Assembly: GCA_963713975.1 (NCBI GenBank)
Contig: OY970218.1
Coordinates: forward strand, 1,696,001-1,760,000
DNA: 64,000 nt
From: an uncultured Chloroflexia bacterium
GTDB taxonomy: Bacteria > Chloroflexota > Limnocylindria > Limnocylindrales > CSP1-4
Reading direction: 5' to 3'
This document shows, piece after piece, positions 10,989-21,975 of this stretch. Under the pieces are notes generated by a model. The model was not told the origin of the DNA. It worked only from the letters and a program-made list of their open reading frames with translations, and did not search any database. Position 1 is the first letter of the stretch. Every line of letters starts with the position of its first letter. A program made the translations under genes and the position numbers.

Positions 10989-11722
10989 AGCTGCTGCTGC
11001 GACTGACCTGGCTCGAGCTCAAGCTGTTCCTGCGCGAGCCGCTGACCGTGCTCTTTGCCCTGGTGCTCCCGCTCATGATCCTGTTCGTGATGGGCGGGGT
11101 GTTTGGCAACCAGGCGAACCCGGGCCTCTACCGGGGGGTCGGCGCAATGAACTACTACGTGCCCGCCTACATCGCGCTGGTGACCGCATCCGTGGGGTTG
11201 ATCAGCCTCCCGACGCAGCTCGCCGGCTACCGTGAGCGCGGCGTGCTCAAGCGGTATCGCGCCTCCTCGATGCCGGCAGGCGTGATCCTCGGCGCCCAGG
11301 TGGCCGTGACGCTCGTGATCTCGATCCTGAGCGCGGTGACCCTCGTCCTGGCGGCGCTGCCCGCCTACGACGCCGTGACCCCTCGGTCGGTCCCCGTGGT
11401 GCTCGCGGGCTTCGTGCTGGTCGCCTTGTGCTTCTCGGGGATCGGCGTGGTGCTCGCCGCGCTGGTTCCCTCGTCCCGGGCAGCGCAGGCGCTCGGGGTG
11501 ATGGTGTGGTTTGTGCTGCTCATGGTCGGAGGTGCCGGTCCTCCGCCGGAGGTGCTGAGCGGTGCGATGGGGACGGTCGGCGACCTGACGCCGCTCCGGC
11601 ATGCGGTGTGGGTGATGCAGGACGGCTGGTTGGGTCTGGATCCGGGCTACTCATGGGCAGTCCTCGCGCTCCTGACCCTGGTCTGCGCCGTGGTCGCGGT
11701 CAGGTACTTCCGCTGGGAGTAG
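10985..11722 (+). CDS. ABC-2 type permease
   Basis: About 6 TM, YRERGVLKR, ends FRWE. Confidence 0.9.
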   Translation: MKLLLRLTWLELKLFLREPLTVLFALVLPLMILFVMGGVFGNQANPGLYRGVGAMNYYVPAYIALVTASVGLISLPTQLAGYRERGVLKRYRASSMPAGVILGAQVAVTLVISILSAVTLVLAALPAYDAVTPRSVPVVLAGFVLVALCFSGIGVVLAALVPSSRAAQALGVMVWFVLLMVGGAGPPPEVLSGAMGTVGDLTPLRHAVWVMQDGWLGLDPGYSWAVLALLTLVCAVVAVRYFRWE

Positions 11723-11806
11723 TCAGGGCGCGTGTAGGCCAGACGGGCGCTGGCCGGCGGGAACGAGCTGACCTCGGGCGAACGCGCCCTTGATCGCGTG
11801 GTCGTC

Positions 11807-12196
11807 CTAGCTCGTGGTGGCGACGGTCGGGCCCGGCTCGCGCCGGGGGAAGAAGGCGAACAGGTTCACGGCCGCGATCGCGACGACCAATCCGACCTGG
11901 ACAGCCGCCGGCCAGTCCGTGCCCAGGATCCAGAGTCCGGCCATGAGCGGCAGGAACAGCAGCCATGCCAGCAGCTGGACCGGAAGCGGGAGGGCCGTGA
12001 TGGTGGTCCACGTGGCGTCCAGCACGCCTGGATCGGCGACCAGGGCCACGAAGAAGCCGAGCCACAGGATGGCGAAGGCCAGCCACAGGAGCCCGGTCTC
12101 CACGAGCACGGGAATGATCCCCGTGACCGGGACGATCACGAAGTTGACGAAGTGGTCGATGCTGCCGACCACGACCTTGTCGAAGATGCCTGCCAT
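11807..12196 (-). CDS. Hypothetical membrane protein
   Basis: Hydrophobic ORF with AGGAG RBS, divergent from TetR. Confidence 0.7.
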   Translation of the reverse strand: MAGIFDKVVVGSIDHFVNFVIVPVTGIIPVLVETGLLWLAFAILWLGFFVALVADPGVLDATWTTITALPLPVQLLAWLLFLPLMAGLWILGTDWPAAVQVGLVVAIAAVNLFAFFPRREPGPTVATTS

Positions 12197-12272
12197 GTCT
12201 CCTGATCCTTCGACCCTGCCCGAGGACGCGATGGCCGGGTGCTCCACGGACCGCGGTTGCGGTCACTGCATG

Positions 12273-12303
12273 TACGCTGTAGTATAGACATACATCGTAT
12301 ATG
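12273..12303. promoter_or_regulatory. Putative TetR operators in divergent promoter region
   Basis: Two TAC-N3-GTA palindromes (TACGCTGTA, ATACATCGTAT) in an AT-rich intergenic patch. Confidence 0.5.
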
Positions 12304-12324
12304 GTTGTAAAGAGGGATCGCCAT

Positions 12325-13065
12325 ATGACCTCGGATCGACGTCACGCGCCGGGTCCCGCTCCCGACCCGGGACTACCGGTGCCGCCGTGGGGGACACCGG
12401 TCCGTCGCCGGCCGAGACGTGGTCCGCGCCAGCCGCTCGACCGGGAGCGCATCGTCACGCGGGCGCTCGAGATCATCGACGCGGACGGGATCGGTGCCCT
12501 CTCGCTGCGCCGGCTCGCCGACGACCTGGGCGTGACCCCGATGTCCCTCTACTGGCACGTGGCTGACAAGGCGGAGCTGCTCGAGCTTGTGGGTCACGCC
12601 GTCCTGGCCGAGATCGTGATCCCGGAGCGGATCGGCGGGTGGAAGGACCAGCTGCGCGACGTCCACCGGGCGATGTTCGCGACCTTCCTCAAGCACCGGA
12701 ACACCGTGGACATCCTCGTGGGTCGCGCCCGCTTCGGCGCGGGCGGCCTGGCGGCGTTCGAGCGGATCCTCGCCATCCTGCTCGACGCGGGCTTTACGCC
12801 GGATGCCGCCTTCGACGCCTACCAGTCCCTGTACATGTTCACGCTGGGCTACATGACCATGGCGAACCGGACGCCCGAGTTCATCGAGGGCCAGCGCCAG
12901 GGCGCCCTGTACATGGCGACCCTGCCGGTCGCGGTCTATCCCTCGATCCGTGCCGTGGGGCCGGTGATCGGTCGGCGACCCTCCGCGGAGGGGCTCGAGA
13001 TCGGCCTCGATGTGGTCATCGAGGGCATCGCCGCCCGCCTCGCCCCATCGAGCCGCGACGCCTGA
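12325..13065 (+). CDS. TetR/AcrR family regulator with TetR_C domain
   Basis: HTH LSLRRLADDLGVTPMSLYWHVADKAELL. Confidence 0.92.
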   Translation: MTSDRRHAPGPAPDPGLPVPPWGTPVRRRPRRGPRQPLDRERIVTRALEIIDADGIGALSLRRLADDLGVTPMSLYWHVADKAELLELVGHAVLAEIVIPERIGGWKDQLRDVHRAMFATFLKHRNTVDILVGRARFGAGGLAAFERILAILLDAGFTPDAAFDAYQSLYMFTLGYMTMANRTPEFIEGQRQGALYMATLPVAVYPSIRAVGPVIGRRPSAEGLEIGLDVVIEGIAARLAPSSRDA

Positions 13066-13084
13066 TCCATCCCGCAGGCCCGGG

Positions 13085-14104
13085 TCAGGGGACGATCACC
13101 GCCTTGTGGCAGCGCTCATCGCGCTGGACCGCGTCCAGCGCATCCCCGAACCGGTCGAGCGGGAACCGGTGGGTGATGATCCCCTCGGTCCGGACGCGCC
13201 CGCTCCGCAGCATCGCGATGGCCTGCGGGAACGAGCTCACCTGGGCAAACGAGCCCTTGATCGAGAGCTCGCGGCGGTAGATCTCGTAGGGGCTGACGGA
13301 GATCCGGTCGTCCTGGTTCGTGACCCCGTACACAAGGACCGTTCCGCGATCCCTGGCCAGCCCGATGCACTGCTGCGTGACGGCAGCCGCGCCGGTCGCA
13401 TCGACGACGACGTCGAAGCCATCCGGCGCCAGGCGCCGGACCGCCTCGGCGCCGGCCGACGGGTCCTCGCGGTCGACGAGGACCGTGTTGTCCACGCCGA
13501 ACGATCGCGCCAGCTCGAGCTTGTAGGCGGTCGGGGCCGCCACGGTGAGCCGGCTCGCACCGCCATGGAGCATGAGCTGGGCGAGGATCAGCCCGGTCGG
13601 CCCGGCACCGAACAGCAGCACGTCGGATCCGGGACGGAGCTCGAGCTGGTCCATGCCGTGCATGGCACACGCGGTCGGCTCGGTCATGACCGCGACCTCG
13701 ACCGGCAGGTCATCGACGGGAAACACGTTCGCCGCGGGTGCCAGCATGAGCTCGGCGAAGCCACCCGGCGCGTTGACCCCCAGGCAGTGGAGGTTCCGGC
13801 ACAGCAGCGGGTAACCTCGCCGGCAGGAGTCGCAGGTTCCGCAGCCCCAGTTGCCGTTGACGGCGACCCGCGTGCCGACCTCGATCCCCTCGACGTCCGG
13901 CCCGATCGCATCGACGACGCCCGTGGGCTCGTGACCGGGCGTCAGCGGGTAGGACGAGAAGAACCGCCCGTAGTGGATGTGGACGTCGGTCCCGCAGACG
14001 CCGGTCATCTCCAACCGGACCCGCACCTCGCCTGGTCCGGGCTCCGGTGTCGGGACGTCAGCGACCTCGAACTCCGCCGGGCGGCGGTAGACCACGGCCT
14101 TCAC
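13085..14104 (-). CDS. Zinc-dependent alcohol/polyol dehydrogenase
   Basis: GVCGTD, GHE, CGTCDSC..C, GAGPTG. Confidence 0.92.
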   Translation of the reverse strand: MKAVVYRRPAEFEVADVPTPEPGPGEVRVRLEMTGVCGTDVHIHYGRFFSSYPLTPGHEPTGVVDAIGPDVEGIEVGTRVAVNGNWGCGTCDSCRRGYPLLCRNLHCLGVNAPGGFAELMLAPAANVFPVDDLPVEVAVMTEPTACAMHGMDQLELRPGSDVLLFGAGPTGLILAQLMLHGGASRLTVAAPTAYKLELARSFGVDNTVLVDREDPSAGAEAVRRLAPDGFDVVVDATGAAAVTQQCIGLARDRGTVLVYGVTNQDDRISVSPYEIYRRELSIKGSFAQVSSFPQAIAMLRSGRVRTEGIITHRFPLDRFGDALDAVQRDERCHKAVIVP

Positions 14105-15540
14105 CGGCGGCCTCCGAGGATGGTCGGGTCGATACGGCGTGGGAGCCACTGGCCGAGCGCCGGGCTCCCGACGAGCCGGCCGTCCTCCACCACGACCTGG
14201 CCGCGGAGGATCGTCATCGTGGGCCACCCGCGCACATGCCAACCCTCCCAGATGCTGTAGTCGCCGTCGTGGTGGAGATCGTCGAGGCGGATGTCCCGCT
14301 CCACGTCCGGATCCCAGATCGCCAGGTCGGCATCGCTGCCGGGTGCGATCACGCCCTTCCGCGGGTAGAGGCCCAGGAGCCGGGCCGGATTGGTCGCGAA
14401 GACATCGACGAAGCGGCGCAGGGACAGCCGGTTCGCGGCGACGCCCTCCGAGTACGCGATCATCCCCCGGGTCTCGATGCCGGCATGGCCGCCACACGCG
14501 GTCTCGACCGTCCGGCCCGCGGTCTTCACCGCGTAGCTCGTGGTGTACTCATCCGTGGCCACCACGTCGATCGGGCCTGCCGCCAGGCCGTCCCATAGCG
14601 CCTGGCGGTCGTCGGCGGTCTTGAGCGCGGGGTAGGTCTGCACCTTGCCCCCGTCGGGACTGCGATAGTCGTCCGCCGTGAAGCACAGGTAGTTGTGGAG
14701 CACCTCCCCGTAGGCGGGCACGCCGGCGATCCTGGCATCCTCGATGGCCCGCACCCCCGCCCGACCGGTCACGTGCACGAAGTAGACGGCGGCGCCGGCC
14801 TCCTGCGCGAGCCGCGTGACCCGCCGGAACGCGAGCTCCTCGGACAGGCTGCTGTGGACGAGATGGAGGTTGAACCACTCGTCGCGCCGTTCGGCGCGGA
14901 GCCGGGCCTCCATGTAGGTCACGAGCTCGTCCTCCTCCGCATGGACGAGGAGCATCCCCCCACGCTCCGCCAGGGCGGTGAAGACCTCGAGCATCGGCCC
15001 TGCGTCCATCTTGACGCCGGCCTGGGCGCTCGTGACACACGTGGTGAACGCCTTGAACGTGGGGATGCCCTGCTCGATCGCCTCGCCCAGGGCGCCGATC
15101 ACGTTCGCGCCGACATTGCCCACCAATGCCGGGTGGAACGTGAAATCGACATACGAGTGCCCGCTGAACACGTTCGTCCGGTCCTCGACCGCGAGGACCG
15201 GGTGGAACTCCTCGCGCGCATGGACCCCCATGAAGGCAAACGATGCGACAGTGGTCGTGCCACCGAACGCGGCCGCACGCGTGGCCGCATCCGGGGACTG
15301 CAGCCAGACCTCCTCGCCGCGTGTCCAGCCGCGGTGCGCGGGCTCCGCGATGTGCGCGTGCGCCTCCACTCCCCCGGGCAGCACCAGCTTCCCGGTCGCA
15401 TCGATGGTGCGGCGGGCCTCGACGGCCACGGCACCTGGCTCCGCCAGGAAGGCGATCCGGCCGCGGTCGATCCCGACGTCGAGACTCGCCACATGGTCCG
15501 CCGCCACGACGAGCCCGCCACGAACCAGCAGGTCGATCAC
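14101..15540 (-). CDS. Dihydropyrimidinase/hydantoinase-like cyclic amidohydrolase
   Basis: LPGGVEAHAH, AAFGGTTT, VHAE, NPARLLGLYPRKG, GSDADL. Confidence 0.88.
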   Translation of the reverse strand: MIDLLVRGGLVVAADHVASLDVGIDRGRIAFLAEPGAVAVEARRTIDATGKLVLPGGVEAHAHIAEPAHRGWTRGEEVWLQSPDAATRAAAFGGTTTVASFAFMGVHAREEFHPVLAVEDRTNVFSGHSYVDFTFHPALVGNVGANVIGALGEAIEQGIPTFKAFTTCVTSAQAGVKMDAGPMLEVFTALAERGGMLLVHAEEDELVTYMEARLRAERRDEWFNLHLVHSSLSEELAFRRVTRLAQEAGAAVYFVHVTGRAGVRAIEDARIAGVPAYGEVLHNYLCFTADDYRSPDGGKVQTYPALKTADDRQALWDGLAAGPIDVVATDEYTTSYAVKTAGRTVETACGGHAGIETRGMIAYSEGVAANRLSLRRFVDVFATNPARLLGLYPRKGVIAPGSDADLAIWDPDVERDIRLDDLHHDGDYSIWEGWHVRGWPTMTILRGQVVVEDGRLVGSPALGQWLPRRIDPTILGGRR

Positions 15541-15580
15541 GTTCCGCCTCCCCGCTTGGCACGAACATGCCGTCCGGCCG

Positions 15581-16612
15581 TCATCCTTCGAACCTCCGCA
15601 GGACGAGGTTCGCCCACGTGGTGATGCGCTCCTGGTGTTCGGGCAGGTCGGCGTCGATCGCCCCGTCGAACCGGCTGGCGCCGGCCGCCATCGCGAGGCG
15701 GATCTGCGCCTCCACCTCCTCGGCTGTCCCGGCGAACACGAACCGGCGCTGCACGTACTCGGCAACCCCCAGTCGCTGGGCGAGGGCCGCGTACTCGTCC
15801 TTCTGGCGATCGGGCACGGCGCCGTGACTGACGTAGTCGTACCGGCGGCCAAGCTCCATGATCCCCTCCTGGAGCTCGGGAGGGATGAACTTGCCTTCCA
15901 CGCCGGTCCGTGCGACGTGCGCCGCGAACGACGTCGCCGCCCATGCCCCCTGCCGCCGGGCCACGCCCGGGTCCGGGTCGACGAACCAGAAGCACGTGAA
16001 CCACACGTCGAGGTCCTCGACCCGCCGACCTGCCTCTCGTGCGCCGGCGTCGATCAACTCGAGTGAGCCCTCGACGACCTCGGGCGTCACGCCAAGACCG
16101 ACGATCACGCCGTCGCCGATGCGTCCGGCCAGCCGCAGCGCCCTTGGTCCATGTGCGGACACGATGATGGGGACGTGCCGCCGCGCCCACGGCAGGATGA
16201 CCCTGGCGCCCGCGTACTCCGCTTCGCCATCCTCGAGCAGCCGGCGGACGGTCAGCACGTATGACTCGAGCTCCTCGAGCAGGCTTGCGCCATGGCCCGC
16301 GTGCATCACGCCGGTGCCGCCGGACCCGATCCCGATGTAGGTGCGATCGGGCGCCAGGTCGGCGACGCTCGCAGCGGCGCTGGCCGTCACCAGCGGGTGC
16401 CTCGTCCGCGGGTTGGTGACCCACGTGCCGATACGCGCGCTGTGCGTGTCACGCGCCACGGCGCCCAGCACCACCCAGGGTTCACGGAACAGGGCGGGGG
16501 AGTCCCAGATCCCGATCCGGCGATACCCGAGGCCCTCGGCGAGGGCCGCCTCCCGGGCAACGCCATCGGCCGGGCCTGGTGTCACGCTGAAGCCGAACTC
16601 GGGCCTGAGCAT
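15581..16612 (-). CDS. LLM-class flavin/F420-dependent oxidoreductase
   Basis: VTNPRTRHP, AHGPRALRLAGRIGDG. Confidence 0.88.
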   Translation of the reverse strand: MLRPEFGFSVTPGPADGVAREAALAEGLGYRRIGIWDSPALFREPWVVLGAVARDTHSARIGTWVTNPRTRHPLVTASAAASVADLAPDRTYIGIGSGGTGVMHAGHGASLLEELESYVLTVRRLLEDGEAEYAGARVILPWARRHVPIIVSAHGPRALRLAGRIGDGVIVGLGVTPEVVEGSLELIDAGAREAGRRVEDLDVWFTCFWFVDPDPGVARRQGAWAATSFAAHVARTGVEGKFIPPELQEGIMELGRRYDYVSHGAVPDRQKDEYAALAQRLGVAEYVQRRFVFAGTAEEVEAQIRLAMAAGASRFDGAIDADLPEHQERITTWANLVLRRFEG

Positions 16613-16760
16613 CCGGCGCCCCGCTAGCGATGAATCATTTCAACGGATCGTCGCGCCATCGTAGACCAAGCCCTGGGCACGTTTGACGTCGCGTTCTGAT
16701 CGGGGCCGCCTTGAGGTGCACAGATCAGGGCAGACGCCGCCAACGGTTCCGCTGCCGTCC

Positions 16761-17246
<486 letters not shown>

Positions 17247-17413
17247 GGCCCAGTACCTCTCGTCTGGGACACCGGCACTGTGACGCTGGTTGGCCCGCAG
17301 TTGTGACCGCCGGACGAACCCCTGTGGTGTGGGTCGGGCAGCGTCGAGGAGGCATCCGGGCAGGGACACATCCTGGGCTCCCAGAGGTTCGGGTCGATCG
17401 CTACGCTTGGACG

Positions 17414-18526
17414 ATGCCGTCGGGAGAGATCGCGGATCGCGAGGCGTCCTCGTCCTCGGTCCCCACCGCGCCCGCCGGCGACACGATCGCGGTCCCTCAC
17501 CCGGCGCGTCGCGCCGACCTCGAGCTGTTGCGCGTGATCGCGATGGTGATGGTCGTGACGATCCATGCGACATCGGGGTCGATCCTGATCGGCGAACGGA
17601 CCGGCGCCGGGGTCACCTACTGGATCGCCCTGGCTGCGAACGAGGCATCTCGGTGTGCGGTGCCGGTGTTCTTCGCGGTCTCCGGGTGGGCGCTGCTCCG
17701 TCGCGATGGCCCGTGGGACGATGCGTGGCTATGGCGAAGGGTCACCCGGCTCGGCGTCCCACTGCTGGTCTGGTCTGGCGTGTACCTGCTCGAGGAGGCG
17801 GTTCGAGGCATCGTGGTTGGGGCGACTCCATGGGCGGCTGCGGGGAGCCCGGGCGCCTGGTTGACGGCCAGGTTCGTCCAGTTCGTCGACGGCCACGGTG
17901 ATCGCGCTCACCTCTGGTACCTGTATGCCGCCATTGCGATCGCCGTTGTGGTCTGGCTGATCGGCGCCGCCAGAGGCAGGCAGGGCCGCGCGGCCCCGTA
18001 CTTGATTGCCTGCCTTGCCCTGATCGTGCCCGTTGGCCTTGCCGAGGCACTTGGGAGCACCGCGCGCTGGGCCGATGTCGCGTGGAGCCTCGGCTATACA
18101 GCGCTCGGCTTCTGGCTGATCGAGCAACGCCCACGGCGCTGGGTAGGCGCTGCCCTCTACCTGGTCGGCGTCATCGTGATGATCGGCCTCACCGCGCTGT
18201 TCGGCTACGACACGTGGCCGACAGCCTATGCGTCGCCTTTCGTCGTCACGGCCACCGTAGGGTTGATCTGGCTGGTGCAGGGCGTCACCGTCCCCGAGCG
18301 GTGGGTGGCGATGGTCATCTCGCTCGGGTCCTTGAGCCTCGGTGTCTACCTCGTCCACCCGTTGATGCTCGACGTGGTGAGGACGCTGATGCTCACGGGC
18401 TGGCCCCTTGCCGTGCTCTCGCCGCTGCCTCGGTTGGCCTTGCTCTGGGGCTTCGGCGTGGCGTCCTCCGTGGCCGTGACATTCCTTTGGCATCGGTCCC
18501 AGCGCCTGACCCGTCTGCTCGGTTGA
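17414..18526 (+). CDS. Acyltransferase-3 family membrane O-acyltransferase
   Basis: LELLRVIAM..VV.IH, AVPVFFAVSG, HLWYLY, SLGVYLVHP. Confidence 0.9.
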   Translation: MPSGEIADREASSSSVPTAPAGDTIAVPHPARRADLELLRVIAMVMVVTIHATSGSILIGERTGAGVTYWIALAANEASRCAVPVFFAVSGWALLRRDGPWDDAWLWRRVTRLGVPLLVWSGVYLLEEAVRGIVVGATPWAAAGSPGAWLTARFVQFVDGHGDRAHLWYLYAAIAIAVVVWLIGAARGRQGRAAPYLIACLALIVPVGLAEALGSTARWADVAWSLGYTALGFWLIEQRPRRWVGAALYLVGVIVMIGLTALFGYDTWPTAYASPFVVTATVGLIWLVQGVTVPERWVAMVISLGSLSLGVYLVHPLMLDVVRTLMLTGWPLAVLSPLPRLALLWGFGVASSVAVTFLWHRSQRLTRLLG

Positions 18527-18700
18527 CGCGACGAGCACGCGGAGAGTCAGAGGTCCTGGCCCGTTCGGGTCGGTGACGTGGCGCACCGCGGCACGTACGC
18601 TCGTGCCAGATGCAGGAGCACGTCCTGCTGGCCGGCGTCCCAAAGCCCGCACGGCACCCCAGCCAGGATGGGCCGCACATCGAAGGGATGCCCAGAAACC

Positions 18701-19684
18701 ATGCCTGCCACCCTCGCACGACGGAGCACACTGAAGCGATCGGCGAGCATCGGGATCACCTCGGCCCTGCTCCTGCTCACCGTGGGCATGGTGCCCGCGG
18801 CCTCCGCGGCCACACTGGACCGGTTCCCGTCCTCGTACACTGAGGTCACGGGAACGATGACGGATGCGGGCAACGCCTACGCCGACGACGGGGTGTACGC
18901 GACCGCGGTGACGTCCAACGATTCGATCTACCGGTTCGGCAACTTTGGGCTCGACGCGGTTCCAGAAGGCGTCACGATCAGCTCGACCACCATCGAGGTC
19001 AAGTTCCACTACAGCGATGGCGAACGCGGCGACAGCGTAAGCGCCCACGCGTACGTCGACGGCGACTCCTACGGACCATGGATCACCAGCGAACCGGGAC
19101 CGACCGTCGACACGGTCATCCGCACGGCGGACGTCGGGATCACCGACCGTGACCAGCTGCGGGACGGCACCTTCGAAGTCGACGTCGAGTCCAATCGAGG
19201 CGGAACCACCGACCCCGAGCCGGTCATCACCCTGTTCCTCGACTACGTCAAGGTCACGGTCGAGTGGGACACTACCGGACCGGACGTTGTCGTCCCGGAC
19301 GACATGACCGTCCCGGCGACGGAAGCTGCCGGCGCCCAGGTGGACTACTTTGCCTACGCCAACGACGTGCTTGAAGGTGGCAAGGACCTGACCTGCACCC
19401 CACCCTCGGGGAGCATGTTCGAGGTCGGCACCACGACCGTTACCTGCGAGGCGGCCGACAACGCCGGCAACGTGACCAGGGAGCGTTTCACCATCACGGT
19501 CCTCGCGTTCGCTGGGGAAGGGACGGACCCGCCGCCGCCGCCCGCCACCGCACCGTCCCCCCTTCCGGAGACTTCGACCGAGGGCTCGACCGGCTCGGCA
19601 GCATGGCTCGCGGGGCTGGCGGGCATCCTGACGTTCATCCTGGTCCTTGTGATCCCGCGTGGGCGCCGGCTTCCCGTGAGGTAG
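18701..19684 (+). CDS. Secreted/surface HYR-domain protein with C-terminal anchor
   Basis: Signal peptide; CTPPSGSMFEVGTTTVTCEAADNAGN; LPETST, TM and basic tail. Confidence 0.8.
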   Translation: MPATLARRSTLKRSASIGITSALLLLTVGMVPAASAATLDRFPSSYTEVTGTMTDAGNAYADDGVYATAVTSNDSIYRFGNFGLDAVPEGVTISSTTIEVKFHYSDGERGDSVSAHAYVDGDSYGPWITSEPGPTVDTVIRTADVGITDRDQLRDGTFEVDVESNRGGTTDPEPVITLFLDYVKVTVEWDTTGPDVVVPDDMTVPATEAAGAQVDYFAYANDVLEGGKDLTCTPPSGSMFEVGTTTVTCEAADNAGNVTRERFTITVLAFAGEGTDPPPPPATAPSPLPETSTEGSTGSAAWLAGLAGILTFILVLVIPRGRRLPVR

Positions 19685-19797
19685 GCTCGCGGCCGAGCGA
19701 CGGCACCGGGGACCCCAACTGCGGCATCTATGCAGACTGCGTCGGGTCAGCCGGCAAAGGGACGCCCGCGACACCCGTCGCAGAACAAGCGGCGCGG

Positions 19798-20955
19798 CTA
19801 CTCCTCCGGCTGACCCCGAACGCGGCGGTAGACCTGCCGGACCGCGAGGTATCGCTCGCGATCGATCGCCTCAGGAATGGCGCCTCCGTCCATGAACACG
19901 AAGCGGCCCCGCCGACCGGCGATCTCGACGGACTGCCGCAGCCCGGCCTCGATCTCATCGAGCGGCCGCTCGGCCAGGACCTTGTCGATCCCGCCGCCGG
20001 CGATCGTGAGCCGTGGGTACCGCTCCCGGATCGCGCCCAGGTCCATGCCATCGGTCGGGTCAACCGGGTTCAGCATGTCGATCCCCGTCCCGACGATATC
20101 GTCCAGGATCGCGTTGATGTTGCCGTGACAGTGCATGTGGACCACGCCGCCGGCTGCGTGGACCTCCTCGGTGAGTGCCCGGTGCCAGGGCAGGAAGTAC
20201 CGGCGATAGAGCGCCGGGCTGAGGAGCAGCCCTGCGCTGGCCCCGAGGTCGTCGCAGAACCCGATGCAGTCGACACCCGCTGCCAGCATGCGGCGGGCTG
20301 CCCGCAGGTTCCAGTCGCCGAGCAGCGCGAGCAGTCGCTGGACGAGCTCCGGTTCGAGCAGCAGGTCCGCGAGCCAGTCCTGGTAGTCGCAGAAGAAGTA
20401 GTGGCCCCCGGAGAAGAACCCGTTGACCCAGCCGACCGTGTATTCGCCCGCGGACTTGAGGTAGGCGACGTCCCGGGCGAAGCCGTCCCAGCGCGCTGGA
20501 TCGTCTGGGTCGGGCAGCACCAGCCGGTCCAGGTCGTCCATGGTCTCCACCGGGCGGACGAGCTGGTGCTTGTACTGGGGTGAGACGTTGTGGCGGTCGC
20601 GAGCCCCCGTCTCGTACTCGACCACGTAGCCGCCCTCGGACCGCTCGACGACGCGGCTGTTGAACTCGCCCGGTCCCGCGTGACCGAAGCAGAAGTTCGC
20701 GCCCCAGCCCACGCCGGTGGCGACCTGGTCGGTGAACCGGTTGTAGCCGATCGCCGTATCCAGCTCGGCGCGCTCGTGAGCCGCGAAGCCGTATGCGCCA
20801 TCCGTGGGGACGTAGTACAGGTCCGGCGGCACCAGCTCGGGCGGAACCAGGCGACGGGCGTCTGCCTCGGTGTTGAAGCCCATGTTCCAGAACGGGACGT
20901 AGTCGGGGCGTTCCCCGGCGAGGGTCGCTTCCATCCGCTCGCGATTGCTCGCCAT
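19798..20955 (-). CDS. Uroporphyrinogen decarboxylase-family (MtaA/CmuA-like) protein
   Basis: GERPDYVP, CDDLG, HMHCHGN. Confidence 0.85.
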   Translation of the reverse strand: MASNRERMEATLAGERPDYVPFWNMGFNTEADARRLVPPELVPPDLYYVPTDGAYGFAAHERAELDTAIGYNRFTDQVATGVGWGANFCFGHAGPGEFNSRVVERSEGGYVVEYETGARDRHNVSPQYKHQLVRPVETMDDLDRLVLPDPDDPARWDGFARDVAYLKSAGEYTVGWVNGFFSGGHYFFCDYQDWLADLLLEPELVQRLLALLGDWNLRAARRMLAAGVDCIGFCDDLGASAGLLLSPALYRRYFLPWHRALTEEVHAAGGVVHMHCHGNINAILDDIVGTGIDMLNPVDPTDGMDLGAIRERYPRLTIAGGGIDKVLAERPLDEIEAGLRQSVEIAGRRGRFVFMDGGAIPEAIDRERYLAVRQVYRRVRGQPEE

Positions 20956-21168
20956 CGCCTTGTCTCCCTTGGTCGAGGTTCGGAACGGTCGGCAGCGCGG
21001 CTGGGGGCGCCTCGAGAGTCTATGCGGGTCCAGGTGGGCCAGGGGTATCGGCCGGGGCGTGGTTGCGTGCCGGCCCTCGGTCGGACTGAGTGCGACCGCG
21101 GCCAATGGACTATCGTCCGGGCCACCAGGCCCTGTCCTCGCGGCAGGGTGACCCGGGGAGGAGCGGAC

Positions 21169-21738
21169 ATGCGCGTCTCGACCATCGCCCCCATCGTGCT
21201 GATCGGACTGGTTCTCTCGATCGGCGGATGCGGCGGATCAGGCGGGGGAGGTGGATCCGCCGGCGAAGGCTCGGCGACGCCGGCCGGCGGGGCGGCGACC
21301 GACGCGCCGCCTTCCGGGCCAGTCGACGGCGGGGATGGTGGCTCGACCACCGGCGCTTCGGATCTCGACGTGTGCTCGTTGCTCAGCGCCTCCGACGTCG
21401 AGGCGATCCTGGGCGAGCCCGCCGAAGTCGGCATCGACGACAGCAGCGTCGATCTCCGGGCCTGCCACTGGACTGGCGCGGTGAGCCCCACCGAGACCGT
21501 GGCCGTCTCGATCTACGTCCACCCGGATGCGGCCACGGCCCGCGAGCAGTACCTGTATCGGAACGACGGACTCGACGGCGTCGAGATCCTGGGTCTTGCC
21601 GATGAGGCCCTGTACGTGGAGGGGTACGGGTTGCAGGTCCTGTCGGGTCGCTACGACCTCGGGATCGACAACACCGGGGACGACCGAAAGGGGTCGAGCC
21701 TCAAGCTCGCCCAGCAGATCCTGCCGCAGCTGCCCTGA
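21169..21738 (+). CDS. Putative lipoprotein
   Basis: Hydrophobic signal with GGC; DVCSLLS..V and GLADEA. Confidence 0.7.
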   Translation: MRVSTIAPIVLIGLVLSIGGCGGSGGGGGSAGEGSATPAGGAATDAPPSGPVDGGDGGSTTGASDLDVCSLLSASDVEAILGEPAEVGIDDSSVDLRACHWTGAVSPTETVAVSIYVHPDAATAREQYLYRNDGLDGVEILGLADEALYVEGYGLQVLSGRYDLGIDNTGDDRKGSSLKLAQQILPQLP

Positions 21739-21820
21739 ACCGGGCGGACGGGCTCGCTCGGCGGATGTCGCACCTCGGCTGGCCCGATGGGGGCTTGGAC
21801 GGCGCGATCTGCGGCCGCGG

Positions 21821-21975
21821 CCGGACTCCGGGCCCCGAAAACCATGCGTGGAACAGGCGCAACCGGACTCCGGGTCCGGAAATGACGTTGTTTCCGGGCT
21901 CCGAACGGTTGCAAACAGGACTGCGGGGCGCGCGGCGGCGTGCCGGGGCAGGGTTTTCGAGACCCGGAGTCCAGG
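21821..21975. repeat. Intergenic inverted/direct repeat cluster (REP/MITE-like)
   Basis: GGACTCCGGGCCCCGAAAACC (21823-21843) inverted at 21952-21972 (19/21); direct copy at 21865-21882. Confidence 0.6.
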
